Shown: positions 1 through 7,132 of the stretch, piece after piece
Position numbering within the stretch: the first letter of the stretch is position 1
Layout of the letters: each line of letters opens with the position of its first letter
Source of the DNA: Oligoflexus sp.
GTDB lineage: Bacteria; Bdellovibrionota_B; Oligoflexia; Oligoflexales; Oligoflexaceae
Assembly (NCBI GenBank): GCA_041736305.1
Contig: JBGSTX010000303.1
Coordinates: 1-15,605, forward strand
DNA: 15,605 nt
Reading direction: 5' to 3'
The notes under the pieces: model-generated
The model's database searches: none
Seen by the model: the letters and a program-made list of their open reading frames with translations, nothing else
Told to the model about the DNA's origin: nothing
Program-made: the position numbers and the translations under genes

Positions 1-16
1 AGATCAACTTCATCTC

Positions 17-382
17 TTATTTCTCCTCGGGCTGTCTCTGAGCCGCGGCAGCTAGCTTGATCAGTTCGGCTTTCCGTTCCTTGATGTCGACTTCATCATT
101 GATTTTAACGACGAGGTAGCGGAGGACGTTCTCATCGATGCGAAGCAAGCGCTCACATTCGGCGATATTGTCAGGAGTACTGGCGCAATCATAAAAAACA
201 TAGTGGCCGCGAAAGTTTTTACGGATTGGATAAGCTAAACGCTTAGAACCCCAATCGTCACGCTTGAGGAACTCTCCACCGCTACGCTTTAAGATTTCTT
301 CGTAGTTGGTAAAAAGCTTCTGCTTGTCGGGTTCAGGCATGTCAGCCTTGGCTACGATCGTGAATTCATATTCCCTTAACAA
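17..382 (-). CDS. rpsF: 30S ribosomal protein S6
   Basis: S6 motifs REYE, WGSKRLAYPIRK, GHY and LRIDENVLRYL. Start moved from 427 to the TTG at 382, which lies 8 nt after a GGGAGG SD (391-396). 121 aa. Confidence 0.97.
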   Translation of the reverse strand: MLREYEFTIVAKADMPEPDKQKLFTNYEEILKRSGGEFLKRDDWGSKRLAYPIRKNFRGHYVFYDCASTPDNIAECERLLRIDENVLRYLVVKINDEVDIKERKAELIKLAAAAQRQPEEK

Positions 383-391
383 GATAAAAAC

Positions 392-439
392 CTCCCTTAT
401 GGTTTGAGCAGCCGATCGACTAAGCAATCAGCAAGGAAG
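392..439 (-). promoter_or_regulatory. Probable S6:S18 ribosomal leader RNA
   Basis: Minus strand reads CTTCCTT-GCTGATT-GCTTAGTC-GATCGGC-TGCTCAAACCAT-AAGGGAG. The outer stem pairs with the SD, there is an inner hairpin, and an unpaired CCA sits just before the SD. This is the known S6:S18 leader layout (CCR motif). Confidence 0.75.
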
Positions 440-468
440 CTCGACAGCATGAAGACCTCTGGCGGTCT

Positions 469-1011
469 TCACTGAGAACTTTGTTGAAAAATACCCTGGA
501 GTCTTAAGAGACTCTCGTCGACCATCGAACCTTGAATATCCGCTAGGTCTTGCGGGCTGAAATCTGTCAGAACCCAATCGATGACCCCAATTTGATTCGG
601 GCCAGGCCGACCTACGCCGAGCTTGAGGCGTGCGAATTCTTCGGTTCCGAGTTCAGCCAGCAGACTACGGATACCATTATGGCCTCCATGCCCACCGCCC
701 ATGCGCGTCTTTACTTTCCCGAAGGGGACATCGATGTCATCGTGAAGAACGACAACGTCTTGAGTCTCGAGCTTAAAGAAGCGCAGTGCAGGTGCTACAG
801 AACGCCCGCTGAGATTCATAAAAGTCTGCGGCTTGAGAAAGAGGCAATCTTGCCCTAAAACTGAAGCACGAGCCCACTCGGCTTCAAACTTCTTTCCAGC
901 CCAAGTTCCCCCGACGCGGCTCAGAACCTGATCCACGACTAAAAAACCCGCGTTGTGTCGAGTTTTTTCGTACTTTTGTCCAGGGTTTCCTAAACCGACT
1001 AATAGCTTCAA
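469..1011 (-). CDS. pth: Peptidyl-tRNA hydrolase
   Basis: Motifs LVGLGNPG, TRHNAGF, KPQTFMNLSG, HDDID and GGHNG. TTG start. Conserved prs-rplY-pth order. Confidence 0.98.
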   Translation of the reverse strand: MKLLVGLGNPGQKYEKTRHNAGFLVVDQVLSRVGGTWAGKKFEAEWARASVLGQDCLFLKPQTFMNLSGRSVAPALRFFKLETQDVVVLHDDIDVPFGKVKTRMGGGHGGHNGIRSLLAELGTEEFARLKLGVGRPGPNQIGVIDWVLTDFSPQDLADIQGSMVDESLLRLQGIFQQSSQ

Positions 1012-1035
1012 GGGCGCGAACCTAAACTAAAAGAT

Positions 1036-1317
1036 TCAGACGTAAACCAAATCGACATGCAAGGGTGCGCGCTTCACGTGATCGAGTTGCAATTCTTGAA
1101 TTTTCACGCGCCGGGTTTCGCCATTGAAAGTCAGATTGAACTGCTTCTCTGTCTTCATGGCTTTGTGAAGCCACTTTGGATCGAACTCGAGAGCATGGCT
1201 TTGGCCCTTGTCGAGCAAAACACCAGGAATGCGTCCGCTTCTACGTAATTTGCGAGCTTGCTCTTTGCCGCGAGTCTGGCGCGGTGCAGCTTCGATCGTG
1301 ATGAGTTCTTCAGACAT
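1036..1317 (-). CDS. rplY: 50S ribosomal protein L25 (short, single-domain form)
   Basis: Motifs GK..ARKLRRSGRIPGV and QELQLDHVKRAPLHVDL. AAAGGAG SD at 1326-1332. Lies between prs and pth. 93 aa. Confidence 0.93.
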   Translation of the reverse strand: MSEELITIEAAPRQTRGKEQARKLRRSGRIPGVLLDKGQSHALEFDPKWLHKAMKTEKQFNLTFNGETRRVKIQELQLDHVKRAPLHVDLVYV

Positions 1318-1416
1318 CCGTCGGTCTCCTTTCGTCCACCCTTACATACAGCTCTAAGCCGCTACAACTACGGCATAATGGCTGCATGGGGTGCGCAGTC
1401 CAAGCTAGAGGATAGG

Positions 1417-1445
1417 GTTATATAGAGAAGTCCTGCTCGTGGCAA
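1417..1445 (-). promoter_or_regulatory. Putative sigma70 promoter for rplY-pth
   Basis: TTGCCA (1445-1440), 17-nt spacer, TATAAC (1422-1417) on the minus strand. Confidence 0.55.
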
Positions 1446-1490
1446 GCTTCTTGTCAGGCCTTGCGTGAAGGGACAAATCGAGACCTTGTT

Positions 1491-2429
1491 CTAAACAAAG
1501 AGGCTGCTGATTGATCCTGCAGTATGAATACGGCGGATTGCTTTCGCTAACAGCTCCGCAACACTCAGCTGTGTGATTTTAGAACAATCTCTCCCTGCGC
1601 GACTCAGCGGAATAGTGTCGGTTACTACCAGCTCTTTTAGAGCTGAGGACGCATTGATGCGGTCGATCGCCGGTCCGCTGAGCACGGCGTGCGTGATAGC
1701 AGCACAGACAGACTTTGCTCCTTTTTCAACTAGAGCTTCCGCAGCTTTACACAGAGAACCTGCGGTATCGCAAATATCGTCGATCAATAAGCAGTTCTTA
1801 TCTTTCACATCCCCGATGACATGCATAACTTCACTCTCATTAGGACGGTCTCGACGCTTATCGACAATTGCCAGACCACAGTTGTAATACTTGGCCATAG
1901 CCCTTGCGCGTTCTGTGCCTCCTGCGTCTGGCGACACGACGAGCAACTCTTCACGCCCCTCGAAATAGGGGCCAAAAATCGGCTTGGAGAACAAATGATC
2001 GACAGGAATATTGAAGAAGCCCTGGATCGCCGAAGTATGGAGTTCCATGACTAACATGCGGTCAATCCCGGAGGCAGTATAAAGGTCGGCAACGAGTTTG
2101 GCAGTTATTGGGGTCCGCGGTGCGCTTTTTCTCTCTTGTCGGGCGTATCCAAAATAGGGACAGACCATAGTGATGCGTTTCGCCGAGGCGCGTCGACAAG
2201 CATCGATCATGATGAGGGATTCAATTATATGCTCATTGGCGGGTGCACATGTCGGCTGAATGATGAATACATCGCGACCGCGGACATTATCCTGAATTTC
2301 AACGCGGGTTTCTCCATCTGAAAAACGATCGACACGCGCTTCACCTAGATTGAGGTCGAGGTGTTCCGTAATTTTCCTCGCCAGTTCTCGATTTGCATTG
2401 CCGCTGAAGACTATCAGGTCGTTTTCCAT
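1491..2429 (-). CDS. prs: Ribose-phosphate pyrophosphokinase
   Basis: Motifs RFSDGE, PYFGYARQ, VSPDAGG and the PRPP-binding motif IDDICDTAGSL. C-terminus ends SISSLF. Confidence 0.98.
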   Translation of the reverse strand: MENDLIVFSGNANRELARKITEHLDLNLGEARVDRFSDGETRVEIQDNVRGRDVFIIQPTCAPANEHIIESLIMIDACRRASAKRITMVCPYFGYARQERKSAPRTPITAKLVADLYTASGIDRMLVMELHTSAIQGFFNIPVDHLFSKPIFGPYFEGREELLVVSPDAGGTERARAMAKYYNCGLAIVDKRRDRPNESEVMHVIGDVKDKNCLLIDDICDTAGSLCKAAEALVEKGAKSVCAAITHAVLSGPAIDRINASSALKELVVTDTIPLSRAGRDCSKITQLSVAELLAKAIRRIHTAGSISSLFV

Positions 2430-2603
2430 TTGCTAGCCCTTTGCTCAAAGATGCACGCTTTGCTGCGCATAAACGCATATTATTACTAGTCGTGCAAGTG
2501 CATTTTCCGCCATCTCTGAGAGAGAGGCATAAGCTGGAATACTGTAGAGATATATGGAATAAGAAAATCTAGGGAAGGACACTCGAGGAAATCAAGGAAT
2601 TTG

Positions 2604-2678
2604 TGGCTGGGGCGGTAGGATTCGAACCTACGAATGCTGGAATCAAAATCCAGAGTCTTACCACTTGACGACGCCCCA
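2604..2678 (-). tRNA. tRNA-Gln (TTG)
   Basis: TGGGGCG...CGCCCCA-G-CCA acceptor, anticodon arm CTGGA-TTTTGAT-TCCAG and T-loop GTTCGAATC. 75 nt with encoded CCA. Usual position upstream of prs. Confidence 0.97.
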
Positions 2679-2768
2679 GTTTGCTTCGATGCGGCATCCC
2701 TTGATGGGTGCTAGATGTATCTTAGCTTCGCTTTCTGAGTCAAGAATAAACTCACGTTTTTTTTTGAG

Positions 2769-5420
2769 CTAACGTGCGGGCGGTAAATATCTATCCATCC
2801 GAAGATCGCGGAGCCAGCTCAGCCCAGTGTCAGCCTGCCATTCAAGGATCCACAGTCCACGCAACTCTTCACCAGGCTCGAGCAGCCTATCGCTTAAAGA
2901 GTCGACGACCCAGCGCTGAAAGCCCCGCCTCAGTTCTCTTCCCGCAAAAGAACTCTCTGCCGCTGAGGCTACCAACATAGCGACCAGGCCTTCTCCAAGC
3001 TCAAGACGCAGATCTTTATCCGCTAGCTGCCGGTTGAGATGCACGAGTTCTTTGTGAAGCATTTGTTTATATTGACGTTGGTCAAGCCCTTTAAAGCTCA
3101 CCACTTCGTCGAGGCGGTTGACCAGCTCAGGCCTTAATAGGCCGCTCAATTCACCTCGTAGATAGCCGTCGCGCTCCTCTGGCTTTACCCCCTTCAAACC
3201 TATGAAAAAGTTGGAGGTCATTATAAAGAGGCAGCGTCGAAAGTCGGCAAGCCTGCCCTGACCGTCTGTCAGCCGACCCTCATCGAAAAGCTGGAGGAGA
3301 ATATCGAGGACACGCGGGTGAGCCTTATCAATTTCATCGAGGAGGATAACCGAAAAGGGCTTGTGGCGAACAGCTTCCGTGAGGCGGCCGCCGTTTTCAA
3401 AGCCAGCATAGCCGGGCGGCGCCCCTATGAGTGCTGCAACCTGATGGGCTTCCATAAATTCTGACATGTCGATGCGAATCATATGGGAGCTTTGCTGGAA
3501 GAGAAGCTCGGCCAGAGCTTTTGCCGTTTCTGTTTTTCCTACCCCGGTTGGACCCAGAAAGAGAAAGACACCCAGTGGGCGCTGAGGGTCGGAAAGACCT
3601 ACCCGGGAGCGGCGGACCGCCCGCGCCACGACTTGCATGGCTTCGTCCTGCCCAAATACGCGCTCTCCCAGCGCTCTTTCTAGATGACGCAAACGATCTT
3701 TTTCATCTTGAAGTATATGCCCGACAGGCACTCCGGTCCAATTTTCAAGGACTCGAGCAATGTCTTGGCGCTCAACTCTCTGCGAAAGAAAAGTCTTGTT
3801 AGCCGACTGCATATTTTTTTGAAGGCTACTGAGCTGCTCGCGCAGCTTGGGTAGCTCACTGTATTGCAGCCGTGCCGCAAAATCAAAGTCGCCAGCACTC
3901 TTTGCCGTCTGAAAAATAGTTTCCATTTCTTCAAGCCTAAGTTCGAGTTCCTGCAGCTGATGGAGTTGCTCTCGATTCTGACGCCAACTCGCTTCAAGAA
4001 CTTGGCTCTCGCTCGTCAGATGAGTAAGCTTAACCTTGACTTGGGCTAAGGCTTTGCTACTTGGATTTTGCTTCTCGAGGCTTTGCCTTTCGACTTTCAA
4101 CTGAGCAATTTGGGTTTGCAGCGTTTCAAGCTCGATCGGCACGCTGTGAAGCTGCAACTTTAGATGAGCGGAAGCTTCGTCGACTAAATCAATCGCCTTG
4201 TCGGGCAGTTGACGCTGAGGAAGATAAAGTATTGAAAGATCGACAGCAGCCTGGAGGGCCTCGTCGGTGATGGGGACCCCATGGTGAATTTCATATTTAG
4301 CCTTTAGCCCACGAAGTATGGAGAGACTTGTTTCACGATCTGGCTCCGCCACCTGCACGGGCTGGAAGCGTCGCTCAAGAGCTGCGTCCTTCTCAAAGTA
4401 GCGGCGATACTCCTGTAGGGTAGTTGCCCCCACACAACGAAGGCCTCCACGAGCGAGCGCGGGCTTGAGGAGGTTCGCGGCATCGGCTCCCCCTTCTGCC
4501 TGGCCAGCGCCCAGAATAGTATGGATTTCGTCGATAAAGAGTATTACGCGCTCACCGAGGGATTCTATCGCTTTGACGAGTTGCTTGAGTCGCTCTTCAA
4601 ATTCACCACGATATTTAGTGCCCGCTAACAAAGATCCTAAGTCTAAGGACAAAACACGGACACCTTTGAGGGTTTCGGGCACCCTTTCTTCTACGATCCG
4701 GAGTGCGATGCCTTCCACGATAGCAGTCTTACCTACGCCTGCTGCACCTAGTAAAATAGGATTATTCTTCTTCTTGCGCCCTAAAATCTCCAAAACGCGT
4801 CTAATTTCGCTATCTCTTCCGATCACAGGATCGATGCCGCCGCGACTGGCTAGCTCTGTGAAATCTACGGTAAAATCACGGAGGCAGCGATCGAGTTCCT
4901 GCTCGAGTTTACGCCCGTCCGAGCTAGATTTGTTGGGAGTCGGAACCGGAACATTTTTGGCTTTGCGGATTCCGCTACCAAAAATTCTTCCGCTTTTAGA
5001 GTTGGGAAGTACTTCAGCAGGCGCCGGATTCCAATTTTGGAAGTCCTCAGCCTGTTCATCCTGTACCTCCTGCAGCGCTTGACGCATGAGTTCAGAAAAA
5101 TTGAGAAGGTGTTTCCAGAGGTCATCTACATCTATGAGACGATCCTGCACTTCGACTTCTACCGCTGACAAAGCTTGGTTCAGTCGGGGCCCAAAGGCTA
5201 CACTGACCCGCCCGAACTTTTTTGGATAGCGCTGCAGGAAATCTTCCAGCGCTTTCTCAAGACGCCCATGCTGCTGGCTTTCGAGGCGATTCCAATCTTT
5301 GCGAAGTAGGGCGAGTGCCACATGTTCGATTTCAAAGTAGTCGTGGCCCAATCCCTTAGCGTAGCGAAGCCCTTGGTGAAGGGTAGCCTGGGCAGGATAG
5401 CTATAGAGTGAAACGTCCAT
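2769..5420 (-). CDS. ClpB-family AAA+ chaperone (divergent, probably a paralogue)
   Basis: Clp N-domain (EIEHVALALL). NBD1: DPVIGRD, GAAGVGKT, LFIDEIH, DAALERRFQ. Long M-domain with LQY. NBD2: GPTGVGKT, RIDMSEF, GAPPGYAG, LLDEIDKAH, RPELVNRLD. Both termini are diverged. Confidence 0.9.
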   Translation of the reverse strand: MDVSLYSYPAQATLHQGLRYAKGLGHDYFEIEHVALALLRKDWNRLESQQHGRLEKALEDFLQRYPKKFGRVSVAFGPRLNQALSAVEVEVQDRLIDVDDLWKHLLNFSELMRQALQEVQDEQAEDFQNWNPAPAEVLPNSKSGRIFGSGIRKAKNVPVPTPNKSSSDGRKLEQELDRCLRDFTVDFTELASRGGIDPVIGRDSEIRRVLEILGRKKKNNPILLGAAGVGKTAIVEGIALRIVEERVPETLKGVRVLSLDLGSLLAGTKYRGEFEERLKQLVKAIESLGERVILFIDEIHTILGAGQAEGGADAANLLKPALARGGLRCVGATTLQEYRRYFEKDAALERRFQPVQVAEPDRETSLSILRGLKAKYEIHHGVPITDEALQAAVDLSILYLPQRQLPDKAIDLVDEASAHLKLQLHSVPIELETLQTQIAQLKVERQSLEKQNPSSKALAQVKVKLTHLTSESQVLEASWRQNREQLHQLQELELRLEEMETIFQTAKSAGDFDFAARLQYSELPKLREQLSSLQKNMQSANKTFLSQRVERQDIARVLENWTGVPVGHILQDEKDRLRHLERALGERVFGQDEAMQVVARAVRRSRVGLSDPQRPLGVFLFLGPTGVGKTETAKALAELLFQQSSHMIRIDMSEFMEAHQVAALIGAPPGYAGFENGGRLTEAVRHKPFSVILLDEIDKAHPRVLDILLQLFDEGRLTDGQGRLADFRRCLFIMTSNFFIGLKGVKPEERDGYLRGELSGLLRPELVNRLDEVVSFKGLDQRQYKQMLHKELVHLNRQLADKDLRLELGEGLVAMLVASAAESSFAGRELRRGFQRWVVDSLSDRLLEPGEELRGLWILEWQADTGLSWLRDLRMDRYLPPAR

Positions 5421-5493
5421 ACGAAGCCTTTCAGCTGAGCATGGTCGTCTTCGGTTGCTTTCGATAATTTCTTAAGAAATCCTACTGGTATTT

Positions 5494-5748
5494 CTACGAG
5501 CGACTAAGCTCGACATAGCGGATACGGAGGTCATGAAGAACGTCCTGAAGGAGCTTTTGCTCCTCGCCGGATAGGTTGCCCTTAGTCTTTGTCTCGAGCA
5601 AGTTCAAGATATCAATATTTTGTCGGGCAAGAGTCAGGTTCTTACCAAGATTTTCTGGACCTACTCCCATATAAGAAAGTGCGGCTGAGCAAAAACCCAG
5701 TACTAAGCCTGAGAAATCGACATCTCCTGTCTGCGCCTTATTTTCCAT
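5494..5748 (-). CDS. DUF1844-family protein
   Basis: Pattern DFSGLVL..SAAL..MG..NL.LARQNIDIL.LLE.KTKGNLS.EE..LL..VL.DLR.RYV matches DUF1844 as I recall it. Start moved to the ATG at 5748, after AAGGA. 84 aa. Confidence 0.85.
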   Translation of the reverse strand: MENKAQTGDVDFSGLVLGFCSAALSYMGVGPENLGKNLTLARQNIDILNLLETKTKGNLSGEEQKLLQDVLHDLRIRYVELSRS

Positions 5749-5952
5749 AAGCCATCCTTTCGCACACCTTCTGAGAAAGCTTTGCAAAAAACTACTCTGC
5801 ACCGCTGCGAAAGTAAAGTTTCAGTAGACTACTCCGCCAGCTAAAAGCGGAATTGACAATTTTCCAGAGGACAGGCAAACCTAAGATTCCTCTACGAACG
5901 TGGCGGGATTGGAGTCACCCAGCTTGTGCTTCGATAGTTTTGTTGAATATTT

Positions 5953-6037
5953 GGGGTTGTGGTGAAATTGGTAGACACACCGGTCTTAGAAGCCGGCGCC
6001 GCAAGGCATCGCAGTTCAAGTCTGCGCAGCCCCACCA
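5953..6037 (+). tRNA. tRNA-Leu (TAG)
   Basis: GGGGTTG/CAGCCCC-A-CCA acceptor, anticodon arm CCGGT-CTTAGAA-GCCGG, long variable arm GCC-GCAA-GGC and T-loop GTTCAAGTC. 85 nt. Confidence 0.96.
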
Positions 6038-6208
6038 GTCTTTAAAGTTGAATAATCAAATACTTTGCAAGCAGAACAGCGGGATGGCAAGCATTCTCAG
6101 TAGAAGTCATGCCAACTGAAATTTTGAAGTAAAATAATCTGCCAAGGACACTTCGATTCTATTTTTCTCATGTGTCACGCATGCAGCCGATAATTTGTGA
6201 GAAGGATT

Positions 6209-6598
6209 TCAAGCAAGTTTGTCGGTAGTTTTTTTGGATTTAGGTGAACGAGGCCCAAAGCAGTGCAACTGCTGCATCAGATCAGCGATCACCTCCGGAC
6301 GTGCATCACGAGAGATTTCTTGCTCCATAGCGGTAGCCCAGTTAAATAGATCGGTAAATCCATAGTTACCAGCACTGCCCCTCATCGCATGCGCGCGCTC
6401 TTTTAGGAGCTTGAGGTTAGACTCCTGATAGGAGAGCTTCATAGTCGCGAGTTCACCCGCTAGGTTGCGTAAAAAATCGTTCCGTATGGCTCTCAACTCT
6501 GGATCTGATTGAATCATTTCGGCAACAAACTTATCCATAGGTCCAACACGCAAGCCAAAATCTGCTGGATCTAAGAGTTCTTCGAGCTCATTATTCAT
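6209..6598 (-). CDS. Stand-alone Hpt (histidine phosphotransfer) domain protein
   Basis: ERAHAMRGSAGNYGF matches the Hpt motif AHxLKGSAgxxG. Helical 129-aa protein with GGGAG upstream of the ATG. Confidence 0.88.
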   Translation of the reverse strand: MNNELEELLDPADFGLRVGPMDKFVAEMIQSDPELRAIRNDFLRNLAGELATMKLSYQESNLKLLKERAHAMRGSAGNYGFTDLFNWATAMEQEISRDARPEVIADLMQQLHCFGPRSPKSKKTTDKLA

Positions 6599-6657
6599 TA
6601 AAACACTCCCATCAAACCCTCAAGTTGACACACTTAAAACCAGCTCTTTCCATGTCT

Positions 6658-6686
6658 CTTATATCCTCTTCTTGACGAGGGTCAAG
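6658..6686 (-). promoter_or_regulatory. Putative Hpt-gene promoter overlapped by a CTTGAC-N4-GTCAAG palindrome
   Basis: Minus strand TTGACC (6685-6680), 16-nt spacer, TATAAG (6663-6658). Perfect 6-bp inverted repeat at 6671-6686. Confidence 0.45.
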
Positions 6687-6758
6687 TGCTGGGCCTCTGA
6701 AGATCGGCATTTCGGGGATGAACACACTCTGGAGCGAGGATTATTGTAAGGAGTTTCT

Positions 6759-6848
6759 ATGGCAGATCAACGAAAGTCTGCTCTTCTTATGATTTCACGG
6801 ATACTCAGATTTCATTCTAGAAAAGTCGGCTCCTACGCTCATCATTAA
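6759..6848 (+). CDS. Putative 29-aa small protein MADQRKSALLMISRILRFHSRKVGSYAHH
   Basis: TAAGGAG (6747-6753), 5 nt, then ATG at 6759 and TAA at 6846-6848. Too short for the supplied ORF track. No homology recognised. Confidence 0.35.
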   Translation: MADQRKSALLMISRILRFHSRKVGSYAHH

Positions 6849-7018
6849 AAAGTCTTTCTTACACATATGTTGAATCTTTATCTGCAGCCGATACTCCTGC
6901 ATGTCATCACTCAAAAAGTTTGGGCAGCAAGCTTGATGTTTGCTTCGACTTCACGCATACTCAAAAACTCTGCGAAACAAACAACACAGCCAAAAAGATT
7001 GGGCAAATATCAAAGAAG

Positions 7019-7132
7019 TTATCCACAGCGGCTTGTGGATAAGTAATGCCCAAAAGTCTTCGCTACTTCTCGTAAGCCTACGTTATATCAGCCAAAAAAA
7101 AATCCACAGGAAACGATGCGTCCTGTGGATAA
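7019..7132. promoter_or_regulatory. DnaA-box cluster
   Basis: Perfect TTATCCACA at 7019-7027 (+), 7034-7042 (-) and 7124-7132 (-), plus a 2-mismatch AAATCCACA at 7100-7108 (+). Arranged as two inverted pairs. Confidence 0.8.
7094..7130 (-). terminator. Intrinsic terminator of rpmI-rplT
   Basis: Minus strand ATCCACAGGA-cgcatcgtt-TCCTGTGGAT followed by 8 T, starting 24 nt after the rplT stop. Confidence 0.8.

Noticed and set aside
383-427. N-terminal extension of RpsF in the ORF track
   Set aside because: It overlaps the SD and leader structure. S6 homology begins at LREYE.
5791-5837. Near-direct repeat ACTACTC(T/C)GC at 5791-5800 and 5828-5837
   Set aside because: Only two imperfect 10-mers with no recognisable motif, compatible with chance. 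No CIRCE element was seen upstream of the Clp gene either.
5853-5887. Perfect TTGACA upstream of tRNA-Leu
   Set aside because: No acceptable -10 at 16-18 nt. TAAGAT is 23 nt away, so no promoter was called.
5853-6119. 88-aa plus-strand ORF
   Set aside because: It runs through tRNA-Leu and is spurious.
6182-6893. 11-bp direct repeat TGCAGCCGATA at 6182-6192 and 6883-6893 flanking the Hpt gene and sORF
   Set aside because: One 11-mer repeat within about 1 kb is not improbable, and there are no terminal inverted repeats or mobility genes.
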